A stretch of DNA of 63,540 nucleotides, filler included, from Octopus bimaculoides (GCF_001194135.2; 5 parts of 5 records of this genome joined end to end with filler, not necessarily neighbours in it); one strand, 5' to 3'. Numbered from the whole stretch's first letter, positions 36,331 to 49,512 are shown. Notes: generated by a model not told the origin, from the letters alone. Numbers and translations: made by a program.

Positions 36331-36789
36331 TGCAATTTAGAAACGAAAAAGCTTACGTACCGAATTGAGCAGAATGAATGAATGTGCTTTAGTTGGTCAA
36401 GATTGCTTTGATATAACAATGTTGTGAAGAGAAGATGATAGAAATTGTAAGAGGAGAGGAGACAGTGATTATGAATTTCGTTCCCAATGTTATTTGCCTG
36501 GAAATGAATTCTGTCGTATATATAAGAAAGCAGCCAGCTAGAAGGATGAAGATATCAGTGAAATCTTTATTATAGGCACTAAGGCCTCATTACAAAGAGG
36601 GGGGACATTACAAAGACAGACAATACAATACAAAACGTGGGGTACATAAAGCGAATGTTGAAATGAAATGAGTAACATACTGTATGATGATGGAATGGCT
36701 TACGAGTCCCCCAAAACTCGCAGTTTCATTTAACATTCTTCTTATACAGTTCTTATACAGTTTTTTTTATCGTTATACAGTTTATCATG

Positions 36790-38090
36790 CACCATTCCTA
36801 ACATATCGACTCGCAACAATCTCTACCTCTTGTGAAACATCATAAAGAGAGAGGGTAAAGAACCTGACACAGAAGATACTCTGATCAATTAAGAGATATC
36901 AAAAACCTTCGATATGGTCGACCACCATTACTTGGCAGTTGTTACCTCCTCTTTGAAGGTTGGAACGCTGCAATGCGCATATCTGCTTTGTGGTTAGAGT
37001 AAATGACTGCCTATCGGAATCGTCCAATATAATGGACTGGAACTTTCAAAATTGTCCCTTCTCATCTTTTCTGTTTGTATTGACTGTAGACATACAACTG
37101 TGTAGACTAAAGACATTGAGGAGCAACCCGCATGAACAACGATGCCAAAGATCTGTGCCGTCATATGCGCACGACAACGCCGTAATAATGTCCGATACCA
37201 AGTGCATCGAGGTGACTGGCACCGCACTATTGGACTACGAGGTAATGACAGGAACCAAAGTCAATCAGGAAAACTGTAAGGAACTACCTCTGGAGGGGTA
37301 ATTCTATACAATTAAACAGTGTTGTGGGGCGCTGACAGAATGACTGGTTAAATTGCAATGGGTATGGTTCGATCCAGTGATAAACTGAAATGAGCAGTGG
37401 AAGATATTCCTTAAAAGTCAAGCAACGGTGGCGAACGCCTACGTATTCTCCGCCATCTGTTACTGCTTAACCACCTAGTCCCACCCCCTGCTCACATCTA
37501 ACCAGACTGGAGTGTCTGTTCTTTTGTTTTTTAAGAAAAATGACATGTTCCACCGGTCAGGTGCTCTATTTGCTGAGCTTTGATATCTCAAGCAATTCTT
37601 TGATAGTGAACGGGTGTAGCCACCGTTTCTTTGACAGATTGTCTCTTTGACAGAGCTACAGTCCTGGGCCAAGTGAAGATCAAAACAAATCACTTGGTGC
37701 TTGGAATGTCGTCAAGTAGTCAGAGCCCTCTATCTGTCTGACGAGCGGTAAATAGAATCCTACGTTGGCAGTCTGTAGAGGCAAAAGCGACGGCATTCTC
37801 GGGGAGACGCCGGCCGTCAATAAAAATCAACTGGCTGGTCTATTCCAGGGGATTTTCGAGTCGGGGTCCATGAATAATTTCTAGAAATCCCTGGCCTGAC
37901 AATGTTACCCTGGAGCGTTGCTAGTTCGAGGTAAATTCTACAGCCATAGAAATCCCACCATCTCTACCTGGTCGTGATGCGTGCACTAGTCCGGTACCTG
38001 AACATTACTGACTTGTAAAGTTATGTAGAACGGCTGCCACCACGTGTAGAACGGGTCCGGCTAATCAGCTATGGTCATTATGTGGTCTGA
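36790..38090 (+). mobile_element. Tx1/L1-clade LINE reverse-transcriptase remnant
   Basis: Decayed RT motifs: SKTFDMVDHHYL (KAFDRVDH), VVRVND, QNCPFSSFLFVLT (QGCPLSP), SYAHD (YADD), YEVMTGTKVN. Confidence 0.85.
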
Positions 38091-38285
38091 CGGCGATTCG
38101 ACTACCATTTCTCACAGTTCAAACAACAAGACGAAGGCGTTCTTGTTTGACGGAGATTTGACTGCCATTTCTATTAAGCTAGACAACAAGAGATAATTTT
38201 CAAGACGTAAAGGTAATGTAAGGGAGATAACTCTAACCAATAAATTGCTCTTTAATTATTTGATTACAATGTTTTCTTATGACAA

Positions 38286-38331
38286 ATGGCTGCGATTGAC
38301 AAAGTCCGGATTCTTGTGACTGGAGACTCAG
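38286..38331 (+). CDS. RABL3: First coding exon of Rab-like protein 3
   Basis: ATG GCT GCG ATT GAC AAA GTC CGG ATT CTT GTG ACT GGA GAC TCA G|GT encodes MAAIDKVRILVTGDSG. This closely matches the RABL3 N-terminus (human MASLDRVKVLVLGDSG). The P-loop is split by a phase-1 CAG|GT donor. Downstream exons were not found. Confidence 0.8.
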
Positions 38332-38827
38332 GTGAAGTTTCTATCATTTACTACAGATACATTTTAAAGAAATAATTTACTATAATTATATTTATTATTA
38401 TCATTATTATTTTATCATCGATCTGCCTTGTTGAATGACAACATGATGTACGAAGTTAATTGTCGGCAAATTTAACTTCACTGCCTTGTCCACGTTTGTA
38501 GTTTTGTGATGTTTTCGTAACTTTCGTTTAGTATCACATATTTGATTAATGTATTCGGAAATACTTTCCGAATACATAAAAACACTTGTACTGAATATAG
38601 TGGAGCTACTTTACACAAGGTGGATATAAATACTGCGAGTGTTCAATTGACAGTAAACAGATTTTTAATGGTAACCAGTATGCGGGTAGTGTCACCAGTT
38701 GGCGAATGCAAATCTAGAAAACATTGTAGTGGCAAATACATCATTAACTTAGAAGCTATTCTTCAGTATACATAATAGAGAATATCATAATAAAAGAATA
38801 TCAAGAACACATACACACATACATACA

Positions 38828-39197
38828 TTGTTGTTGGCACTCCGTTGCTTACGACGTCGAGGGTTCCAGTTGATCAGATCAACGGAACAGCCTGCTCGTT
38901 AAATTAACGTGCAAGTGGCTGAGCACTCCACAGACACGTGTACCCTTAACATAGTTGTCAGGGATATTCAGCGTGACACAGTGTGACAAGGCTGACCCTT
39001 TAAATTACAGGTACAACAGAAACAGGAAGTAAGAGTGAGAGAAAGTTGTGGTGAAAGAGTACAGCTGGGTACACCATCATCCCCTGCCGGAGCCTCGTGG
39101 ACCTTTAGGTGTTTTCGCTCAATAAACACTCACAACGACCGGTCTGGGAATCGAAACCGCGAGTCCGCTGCCCTAACCAATGGGCCATTGCGCCTCC
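38828..39197 (-). mobile_element. tRNA-derived SINE, family C (~370 bp)
   Basis: Reverse complement of 56937-57320. It has a tRNA-like head, a central GTGTCTGTGGAGTGCTCAGCCACTTGCACGTTAAT block (Deu/Nin-domain-like, by recollection only) and a (CAA)n tail. Confidence 0.88.
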
Positions 39198-39223
39198 ACA
39201 CATACATACATATATATATATAT

Positions 39224-39286
<63 letters not shown>

Positions 39287-39621
39287 TATATATATACACA
39301 CACACATATATATATATATACAGACACATATATATACATATATACTTGCAAATGGACGTGTGCGTTCGATGATATAATAATACAAAGAATATATATGCAT
39401 GTATACACACATATATGTACATACTTACATCTACATGTGTATATAGATACATATCATGGTACAGGACGTTAGAAAAATTGGCACTGTCATGCTATTAGCT
39501 GTCAGAAGTGAAAGTGCTCACTGCTAGTGAAGTATTTGTCTGTCTGCCTGTCTGCCTGCATGCCTGTCGATTCTTTGGCTACTGACAGCTAATACCATGA
39601 CTGGCCGGAGCGAGCTATATG

Positions 39622-39660
<39 letters not shown>

Positions 39661-40077
39661 TACTCGAAAGTTATTGGAACAAATTTGACACCTATATCCA
39701 TGAGGCAGAAAACACACAGAGTATAAGGGTACTACTAAAGCAGAGTGGTCCCGAACGCGCAGTCGCGCGTCCGCGCTAGCTAGTCGTGAGTGGTCGATCC
39801 TATTATTTTTAAACTTCAAACTTCATTTGTTTTCTATTTTGATAAATTCTCTCTGAAAATTATATTTTTATATTTTAAATAATTTGCAATTTCAGGAAAT
39901 ATGTTTTTATATTAAATTTGTGTTTTCTAATAAGGTGGACAAGTGATATCACTGTCCCACACATATGGGTGTGATGCATGTGCCTAGAGTATCTTTATTA
40001 GACAGGAAGTCATGATAGGTAGATTGGGCTTTGTATATTTGACAACAATTGGGCTTAATATATTTCTAAAAAACAAG

Positions 40078-40260
40078 GCAGTTAGCTGGCAGAAACATTA
40101 GCACACCGGGCGAAATGCTTAGCAGTATTTTGTCTGTCTTTGCGTTCTGAGTTCAAATTCCACCGAGGTCGACTTTGCGTTTCATTTTTCAGGGTCGATA
40201 AATTAAGTACCAGTTGCATACTGGGGTCAATCTAATTGACTGTCTCCCTCTCTTGTGCCT
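40078..40260 (+). mobile_element. tRNA-derived SINE, family D
   Basis: GCTGGCAGAAACATTAGCA...TTCTGAGTTCAAATTCCACCGAGGTCGAC; related copy at 54685-54885. Confidence 0.75.
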
Positions 40261-42485
40261 GGAGTAGAAAAAAATAATAACAATTGTTTCAAATTTCATA
40301 CAAAGCCAGCAATTTTAGGAGTGGAGTTACTTGATTGCATCAACTCCAGTACTCAACTGGTACTTATCTCATCAACCTATTAATATTGTTATATCTGAAG
40401 AAAATCATAAAATCTTTCTTCTTCATCATTTTAACATCCATTTTTCCATGCTTACATGATTCAGACAGAGATTACTGAGGGAGATTTTCAATGGTTGGAT
40501 GCCCTTCTTGTTGCCAACTGTCATTTGTTTCCAAGCAAGGTAATATTTCCCTACGGCCAGACATGTTTTCTCGGAATATTGGAAATGAATAACACTGCTT
40601 GTCTGACAGTAACGCTATTTACAACTGTCATACAATATCAAGACACAGAGACACAAGCATACACACACTGATACACATTATATACATATATTCATGATGG
40701 ATTTCTTTCAGCTTCCATCTGTCAAATCCACTCACAAGACTCTCTCTCTATCTATCTAACTCTATCTCTCTCCCCACTTCTCTCTCTTTCTCTACATCTG
40801 AGACAGTGCTGCTGCTGTGATATGCACTAACTTCCTGCACAACCCCTGAAAAAAGGCTGCCATGTAACTTCTTGGCAGAGATTCACTTACCAATTCTCAC
40901 CAACCTTTGACTCATAGACATGCTTCTGTCACCTCATACTGTCCAATCATTTTTTTCTAGAGTAACAGACTTCTGGAATTCTGTCCCTACCCAAACATGA
41001 GTTTACCAATAATTGTTTATTCCCACTCCCTCCTTCCCCTATGATATAGAAAGTTATAGAAATCTGTGATTTGAAATTCAGTATCTTATGGAAGCATTAA
41101 TTGTAATTTTCATAAATTGAAGGCTTACATGAAGCAATGATGATCTGAGAGTCTTAAAACTATGCTATTATTGTTTAATAGTTCATTGGGATATAGTCAG
41201 CACTTTGTCTTCATTTACTGTATGTAGAGTAGGTAGGTGAGCATGGCAGAGCAACCTGATTATCCAGTCATTCTCTGCCTCAGCTGTATACAGGGTAGGT
41301 AAGTCAGTGTGCCAGAACAGCCTGTCTCTATCTAGTCTGTTGGCTTTGTCTTGGCATTAACAAGTATGAAGAGTAATTAAAGTAAGATAACTTAAGATCA
41401 TCTCACCATCTCTCTACTGGTCTCGTACAAACACTACAACTAAAAACATATTAACCTATCTTTTCAGCACGGCAAAAATATCAAGGAATATATTACTTTA
41501 TCTATTTAGGGCTGTTTTCATATCTAGACGTTCACTATGGACACTCCAACCGCTAGGAATAATATACTTTCCTAAAGAAGATATTGGATGCCAGAAGAAA
41601 ATGTAGTATAACCATAACCTTTAAGAGTTTCTGATCATGGATCTATCAGCTCTATCAGGCTTAAACAAAAACAGCTATGAATATGATTCAGTTTAGAGCA
41701 GAGCCAATGCTGTAGAGCTGTCTACCTTGAATAAGCCTCTTCCCACCACCTACTAATAGTGTCAGTGTCATAGGTTTACTTTCACAGTGGTAAGATACAC
41801 CCACCCACATACATACACTCACACACAGACACACACGCATCTAAACATTGAACATTGTAATACAATGTTCTTCATTTCCATTCTCCTATGAAAAGTTTGG
41901 TAAAGATGAAATAAATACTACCTTGCTTGGAAATGGGTGAAGGTTGGCAACAGGAACAACATCCCACCATAGAAAATTTGCCTCAATGAATTTCCATTTT
42001 ACCATGCTTTACAAAGCCTGGGAAATAGGACATTAAAACAATGACGACGATGGCTGCAGTCATGCCAAAGCTGCCCTTTTAACTCTTTCATGCATTGCAC
42101 TGCACCCATCCTTTAAGTCTTCTACTTAACTTTACAATCTCTGTTTTTCACATCATTATATTATGAGACATAGATGAAGAAACATTTTATTCAGTATGTG
42201 TATACATATATATTCATTAACGCTATAACTTTGTCTTAGAATTAGCTGGCCGAATTTCTACCATCCTATATTTACTGTGTACAAATGATAGAAATCCCTA
42301 AACACCTCGTGCTTTTGAATAACCCTCTCTCTTTTAATCTTTCTCTTTCAATTTCACTCCCTCTCTGTTTTAATCTGTCTGTCTCTCCCGATATTTATTT
42401 CACTATGTATATCTCGATCCCACTCTCTATATATCTTCTCCTTCCCCTTCGATTAATTCCTGTTCAGCGCCGGTTTGGTGCACCC

Positions 42486-42585
42486 NNNNNNNNNNNNNNN
42501 NNNNNNNNNNNNNNNNNNNNNNNNNNNNNTTAATTAATTAANNNNNNNNNNNNNNNNNNNNNNNNNNNNNNNNNNNNNNNNNNNN
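42486..42585. other. Artificial scaffold join
   Basis: 44 N + TTAATTAATTAA (42530-42541) + 44 N. Confidence 0.95.
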
Positions 42586-42640
42586 GTTTTTTTTTATGTG
42601 TATTGCTAATAATAATGATGGTGATGATAGCAATAATAAT

Positions 42641-42743
42641 GGGACCCTGAGGAGATGGAGTATCCTATATTTTATAATATTTTATAATATTTTATGATAT
42701 GTATTAATCATTCTGGATGTTCTATCGAAATGTACATAGGTCT
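42641..42743 (+). ncRNA. Minimal type-I hammerhead ribozyme motif (family H1), intact core
   Basis: GGACC-CTGAGGA-GATGGAGTATCC-(49 nt)-GGATGTTCTATC-GAAA-TGTACAT-A-GGTCT. Stem II pairs at 12 of 12 positions including G-U, stem III is the palindrome ATGTACAT, and stem I is 5 bp. Confidence 0.78.
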
Positions 42744-42818
42744 ATTTATTTGTTATTATTGTTGTTATTGTTGTTGTAATAAAGTATTTTCAACGGATCA
42801 ATTTTGAGGTCTATTTAA

Positions 42819-42880
<62 letters not shown>

Positions 42881-43942
42881 ACATATACATAAATACGCAT
42901 GCATGTCAGTGCACGCGCATGTGTATGTGTATACATGTGTCTTTGTATAATGTTTGAAACTGAAAAATAATGGTTCATCATTGTTTATTCAATTTTCAGT
43001 TATAAATATTTGTAAATCCTCAAACAAACATTTAAAGCTGATTGGACAGTGGGGTTATGATGTTTCAGAATTAATGGAATCCGTTTGATAATACGGCTGA
43101 CCGTCGATGATACACAATATAAACATTAAAGCAAACACTAAAATCTAAATAAAACCGAATAGCACCAATCACTTTGAATAGATTAATAGTTATAGTATTT
43201 GCAGCAAAGGACAACATTTCAAACAAAAATACTTTCAGAAATTTAAAACTTTAAGAAAAAGTCATTAAAAAATAAGTCATAAAGTTTAAATCTATATTGT
43301 ATACAAACTATCAGTGTAGCTAATGGCTTGCGTCAAAGCTTAGCACCCATCTCTCTTTCAAATATTAGTATTTCTTTTCCTGTTTTTTGTCTTTTACAGA
43401 CACTCTTTCACTTCATTTTCACAATAAAAACTTATTTGTTTATTTTTATTTATTTATTTTGTAGCGCTTATTCGAAATAGTTGTTTCGTTAATTTTTTAT
43501 GACTTATAATGACTTTTTATGACTTATTTATTATGACTTATTTTTCTTAAATTCTTCACTGATAAAACAATTTTTATTGGAATTTTACTTTTGTTGCAAT
43601 ATTATAACTATAACCCTGTATAATAGTATACGAGTTATCCAGTTTTATTCAACTTTTACTCTTTCTTAATCTTTTGTATTATTTGTCATGAACGACCAAT
43701 CTTATTATCTAGCAAATTCCATTTAGTTTGAAAACTCAAAACTCACTTTCCAACCAGCTTTGAATGTACTCTTTACAAGTTACCAAGTAGTCATATTTGC
43801 GACATTTATAAACATTTATAAACCATTGTATCCTTACGAAAGTTCACATGATCTCTTACATGAAATTGAAGTCACAGGTAAAGTTTTTCAGTTCTAATAA
43901 AATTCTATCCTGCGTATGATACTCGAATACTATTTTCTCCAC

Positions 43943-44006
<64 letters not shown>

Positions 44007-47000
44007 GTTCAATATAGTCGAACCAGAAACCATGCAACAATTATTCCTAACAGAATCGATAGCGACTAACATCCATTTCTATATACCGACGTATAATTGT
44101 AAAACTGTATAACTGCATACAGTCAAATTGTACTTGGTTCGACATTTCCTACATGGATATATTAAAGAAGAATAGGTAATACATCAGTGATGTTTCGATC
44201 GACTCTATTTCTATTTGATTAAAATTCGTTTCCTTTTGACATTTTTACATGAGAAATCACATTTCACAGACAAACAAACAGGAGAGCTGTATGAATCGGT
44301 AGAAGATCTAAGCTGCCAGTAGGCCGAATCCACGTACAATTTCGTTTCGTTGTCAAAATAATTTCACTTCATTTCTATCACCAATTTTTGTGATACAGTC
44401 ACTGAATTTCTCATATTTACTAGAAAAAATACCTGGCATTGTGCCAATGGACAAACTCCACCCGGCCCAACCAGAGTAAAAGAAAATGTTCTCTCAGGAA
44501 ATTAAACCATGTTGTGACGTCTATTGAACCTGATATTTGTAATGTAACAAGGAAAACAACAGCAACATCTCTAAATATAATATCACATACATCATTGCTA
44601 ATGAATTCCCTAATGACATAGATAGGAAAGTAAAACCGATCGATACAAACCAACCAACTAACCAACAATCAGCCAACTATTCTGAGCCGCAGATGTAGAA
44701 AATTCTATAAATTTCCTACCGGAGTTCACTTTGTAATTTTCAGAAGTCATAAAATGTAATTATATTTCTATTTTAAAATGTATCTATAAATTATTCATTT
44801 AGAAACAAATGTTATATTTACGAGAGAAAGAACTTTCAGTCATCGCTAATATTCATCAGTAACAAGTGAGACAAACAATGGTTTCACTGTTATAATTCAT
44901 GAAACATTATTCTGATTTTAACGAAACTAATCGTGATTCATAAATCTAAGATGCATGCATGCATTTCTACGATTATTTATGTCTGAACGGGAGTATTGTT
45001 TTCAATGCACATTTGTTTGTGCATGTTTATGTTTATGGATAGTGTGGGTAACTACCATTTTATATGGAAAGATGATGCACACACTCAAACTCACATATTG
45101 TTGGTTTTGTAAAAATATATACTTGGTATATGACTAGTCAATTTCTAACTGATATCTGCAGCCAAAAACCTTCTCTATACTCTATTTTATTTTTTAAAGT
45201 AGTTAGATGTATTTACATTTACTCTAATTATTTAAACTTATGCAATAAATTGCACTTCTGACTAAGTGTTACTTTAGCGTGCCTTTAATTTATATCTTTC
45301 AACCAACTCCTGTCTTTTATTTGGTAACTTGTTTGTCCCTTTGTTGATGATATTTGTATGATTATTATCTTACAGATAATATTGTTATTATCTAAAAGGT
45401 ACCATTCTGGATTAGTTTAAGCCCTACGATTTGTCTTGTAACTTCCATCATACTAATACCTATAGTACATAAGCTGAATGCTATTTTCAACTGTATGCAA
45501 ATATTATTTTCAACACATTACCAATTCAGAGGATCTCTGCAAATATTCTTGATATTTTTCTTGTATTTCAATCCAGCATTTGCCCAACCTTCACCTTATA
45601 AACCCCTGTCCGATTGCTTGTGCACTGCCTAATCAAAAGACACATCACAATCTTATTCTGTTCGACACATATATCTCTAAAAATCTTCTGCTACTTTATA
45701 CCAGCCTACTGAACAGAGCTACTACATTCAAAATTACATGTACTTCCCCTCAAACGCATCCGATACAGTGTGGTGGTTATGGTTTTCCCTGTCGCTAATT
45801 CAACTAAAACTCACGTCCAGGAAATCTTTACATCTAATAGTAGTTAATTCGCAGTAGTGGAACAAATAACATTACGTGCGATGCATGTAGAAAGCGCTGC
45901 CATATCACCCTTAACAATCCATGTCATGCACTCAGGATTACTGCCAAGCTGGTTACAAATTTCCCAAAACCATCGCATATGATACTTTCCAACCAAAGTG
46001 ACACACAATGTACTCCTACTAATATATCTACCACATTTAACTTCCATTTTGCTTCCATCGTCACAATGAACGCTCTGAAGAAGATTCATTTTATGCCCTT
46101 AATAATTCACCTGTTTTACAACGAATTATTTACTTAGACACGCCACCTTACCTATGATTCTAAAAATCTCGTCCATGCTTCTATTGATCTGACGGTTACC
46201 ACTCGTCACTACTAAACTGAACTCTATATCCATCTCTTTGCCTCATAAAACTCTTCAGTCTATTTCTTCCTACACAGAGTTACGTAGGGAAGACCCAAGA
46301 AGTATAACTTCTCTTTCTTCTGCAACTACCAACCTATTGCCTGTTATTACAAGACCATTAGCTGACAAGACATTCTTTCTTTACAGACTTTCCCACGAAA
46401 GAATTAAGAATAGAAATGCTTACAATGTAGCAGAATTTTAAATTAAACACGCAGGTTTTAATTTGTCACAGACAGATATAAATACATGACAGATTAGGAA
46501 GAATTTAATGGTCAAAATTGATATTCTGGTACTCAAGTTTACACTACACAGGTCGGCCATGCCTACTGTAAAGAAACAGCAGCACACCTTTATCTTGCCA
46601 TACTTGCAGTGTAATTATGAAAATTGTACGAGCGCTAAAGATAAATTTGAGAACTTTTAATTTCCAAATTGCAACGAGCTCAAACGAAAATTTCAAACGT
46701 TCTTGAGAACAAAGATAAATGTAGAACATACGCGTTTTCAGTATATGATTAAAAGGAAAGCTATACGTCCTTAAAGATGTGAGTGTGGAAGTGTGTGTGG
46801 GTGTATTAAAAAGTATTTAACAGAATATTTTAAGAATAATATTCTATATACCAGTTTATATGATTTTTCAAGAGATATAATAATACTATGTCTCTAGATG
46901 TAGTATAATAGCGTCTGTACAGTTTTCTACCGTGCAAAAAAAAAAAAGAAAGAAAAAAGAAAGAAAGCAGAAGAAAACAGAAAAAATTAATGCAATAAAC

Positions 47001-47168
47001 ATACTTCGCAGAAAGATGTTTTCTGATTTAGACTGAATAGAAGCAACAGGGGAAATAATTATTATCTAAGACGGGCCTTGGTTGTTATTATACGATTCTT
47101 ACTGTCTGCAAACACATACATAGGCTCACATATGCATGAGCTCACACATACATATAGGCATATATATA

Positions 47169-47218
<50 letters not shown>

Positions 47219-47788
47219 CACACATATATACACATATACAAACAAAGAACACGCTCACACACACACACATGTATCTATTGGATCAAAGCAATTAGTTTCT
47301 GGTAAGCTGCAAAAAATATGAATGAATAGATTACTTTGTATATACGTTCATAAATACAATGAATGATAAAAAAAAATAACGTTCATGCGCAGTCACTCAT
47401 ACTCATATGCATATGATCGTGTTTCTATCTGATTTTGTGCCTAGATTGTTGGATAGAGAAACAGGGTAAATGAAAGAAGGGAGATGGGAAAGAAAGATTC
47501 AAGGAGAAATATTAAGATTTCTTTGACAAAGAAAGTAGAATTTAGTGACTTTGTAACGTGACTAGTTTGACGGACAGTCAGTTGGTTAGCCTCCTCACAA
47601 TATATAGAGGGATAAATAGATAAATACATATATACACAGACAGACAATCCGATAGATATACAGGCAGACACACGCATATATACATACAATACATACACAC
47701 ACACAATATAATTATATACATGAGACAGCGAGAGAGACATACATATATATATTTCTAGGTAGGAAGGTTGGTACGTAGAGAGGGACAC

Positions 47789-47846
<58 letters not shown>

Positions 47847-48441
47847 GGTGATGGAAACGACAGACAGACAAAGGAGCGTGGAGACATAGGTAGGTAAAAG
47901 ATCGGTAGGTATGTAAGTAGATAGATAACTATGCTGGTATTGAAAAGATAACTTCACACAAATGAAACTACGTATATAAGCAAATCATGTATACCAAAGT
48001 TCAAGTAAAAATACGAGTAAAAATAGAACAAAAAAGAAGAAAAAGACTGTGGGAGAAAGGGGGACAATAATTCTGAAAAAATAGTAATGCAGGGACATGT
48101 ACAAAAATATAGGAAATATCTAGGCAAAAAAATTGAATTATCTCCAGTATTTCTTAAAATTAAATGCTTTTCTCTTTAAAATATTTATAGAGAAATCAAT
48201 TAAATCAACATTCAAGTGGGACATGAACAAAATAAAACACATAAAATCTATTTCCCAAAAGAATGTTCATCACATAAGCCTTTTGATGGTGCATATCATA
48301 CTTAACAAAACGGGTGGCTCGGCTTAATTAAGGTAATGGCATTTATTGCCTCTGTGTGTATGTCTATATGATATATTATGTTTGATATAGATACATACTT
48401 GCATATATACATGCATACAATCATATATACATAGTACATGT

Positions 48442-48483
<42 letters not shown>

Positions 48484-48589
48484 GTGTGTGCCTGTGTGTT
48501 TGTTTGGTGGTCGGAAAGGAGGATAAGAACTAATTAGGATCATATAGTTGCACACACACACACATATACATATATATACACGCATATAT

Positions 48590-48622
<33 letters not shown>

Positions 48623-48984
48623 CACACACATATATATGTATGCATGTTTGATTGCATGTATGTATATATATATATATATTCAAATATGGATTAAAAGCAG
48701 CTTGACGGATATAAGCAATATAGAACGCACATACACGAGGTATATGCTTATTTTGCTGGTTCTAGGGTAAGCTGCGCTTACAGGCGTATGAGAATATGGT
48801 CTTGTCAGTGCGTTTGGTGCTAAAATACTTTCACGTGATAAACAAACTCGCATCCGATCCCTTTCAAGAGCTATTGACATCGTTGGTTCGTCATTTTTGT
48901 AACTTGTCAATACCGTGTTCAGTTCATGGCCCGATGTGATACTTACATACGCGAGTGTGTAGTGACAATTTTGCTCTCCATCCA

Positions 48985-49100
48985 TATGATTCCCGGTTTA
49001 GTCCTACAGCGTGGCACCTTGCAAGAGCGTGTTCTAATATAGCATCGGACCAATCAAAGCCTTGTGAGTGGATTTGGTAAATAGAAACTGAAATAAATCT
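48985..49100 (+). mobile_element. Family-A SINE fragment
   Basis: GCGTGGCACCTTG...CCAATCAAAGCCTTGTGAGTGGATTTGGTAAATAGAAACTGAA followed by (CA)n(TA)n. Confidence 0.75.
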
Positions 49101-49107
49101 ATCAGAC

Positions 49108-49185
<78 letters not shown>

Positions 49186-49190
<5 letters not shown>

Positions 49191-49512
49191 AATAAATGGA
49201 GGTATACACATGTGTAAAATGATTTCTATTATTTCCGACATATGTTTCGAAGATTACAATTGGTTCATTCCAAAGGAATGAGTGATATTGATAAAGATGT
49301 AAGATATGTAGCAATCTTCTCTACTCGCAGTTGTCACATTCGGCAATAATGTCTTACGGTTGAGTTGGTTCTTATGTATTTCCCTGAAGAGAAGATTACA
49401 TCTTTATCAACATCACTCATTCCTTTGGAATAAACCAGTTGTAATCTTCGAAACATAGGTCGGAAATAAAAGAAATCATTTAACACATGCGTTTAACTCC
49501 ATTTATTAAATT
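49186..49512. mobile_element. Palindromic MITE (~117-bp arms)
   Basis: 49186-49302 is the reverse complement of 49396-49512 with few mismatches. The flanks are TA-rich. Confidence 0.8.

Noticed and set aside
39930-40040. Possible RABL3 exon 2 (AG|GTGGACAAGTGATATCACTGTCCCACACATATGGGTGT)
   Set aside because: It lacks the required GVGKS P-loop continuation and hits a stop within about 17 codons. The sequence resembles a dispersed repeat tail.
44420-44668. Hydrophobic minus-strand ORF, and a plus-strand mini-exon EKIPGIVPMDKLHPAQPE*
   Set aside because: No recognisable family motif on either strand. The splice signals alone are insufficient, and RABL3 internal exons are absent so it cannot be linked to that gene.
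48680-48985. 101-aa minus-strand ORF as a TARP upstream exon
   Set aside because: Only a vague DEPTMSI resemblance, no correctly placed TM2/TM3 pattern, and it begins within a SINE fragment.
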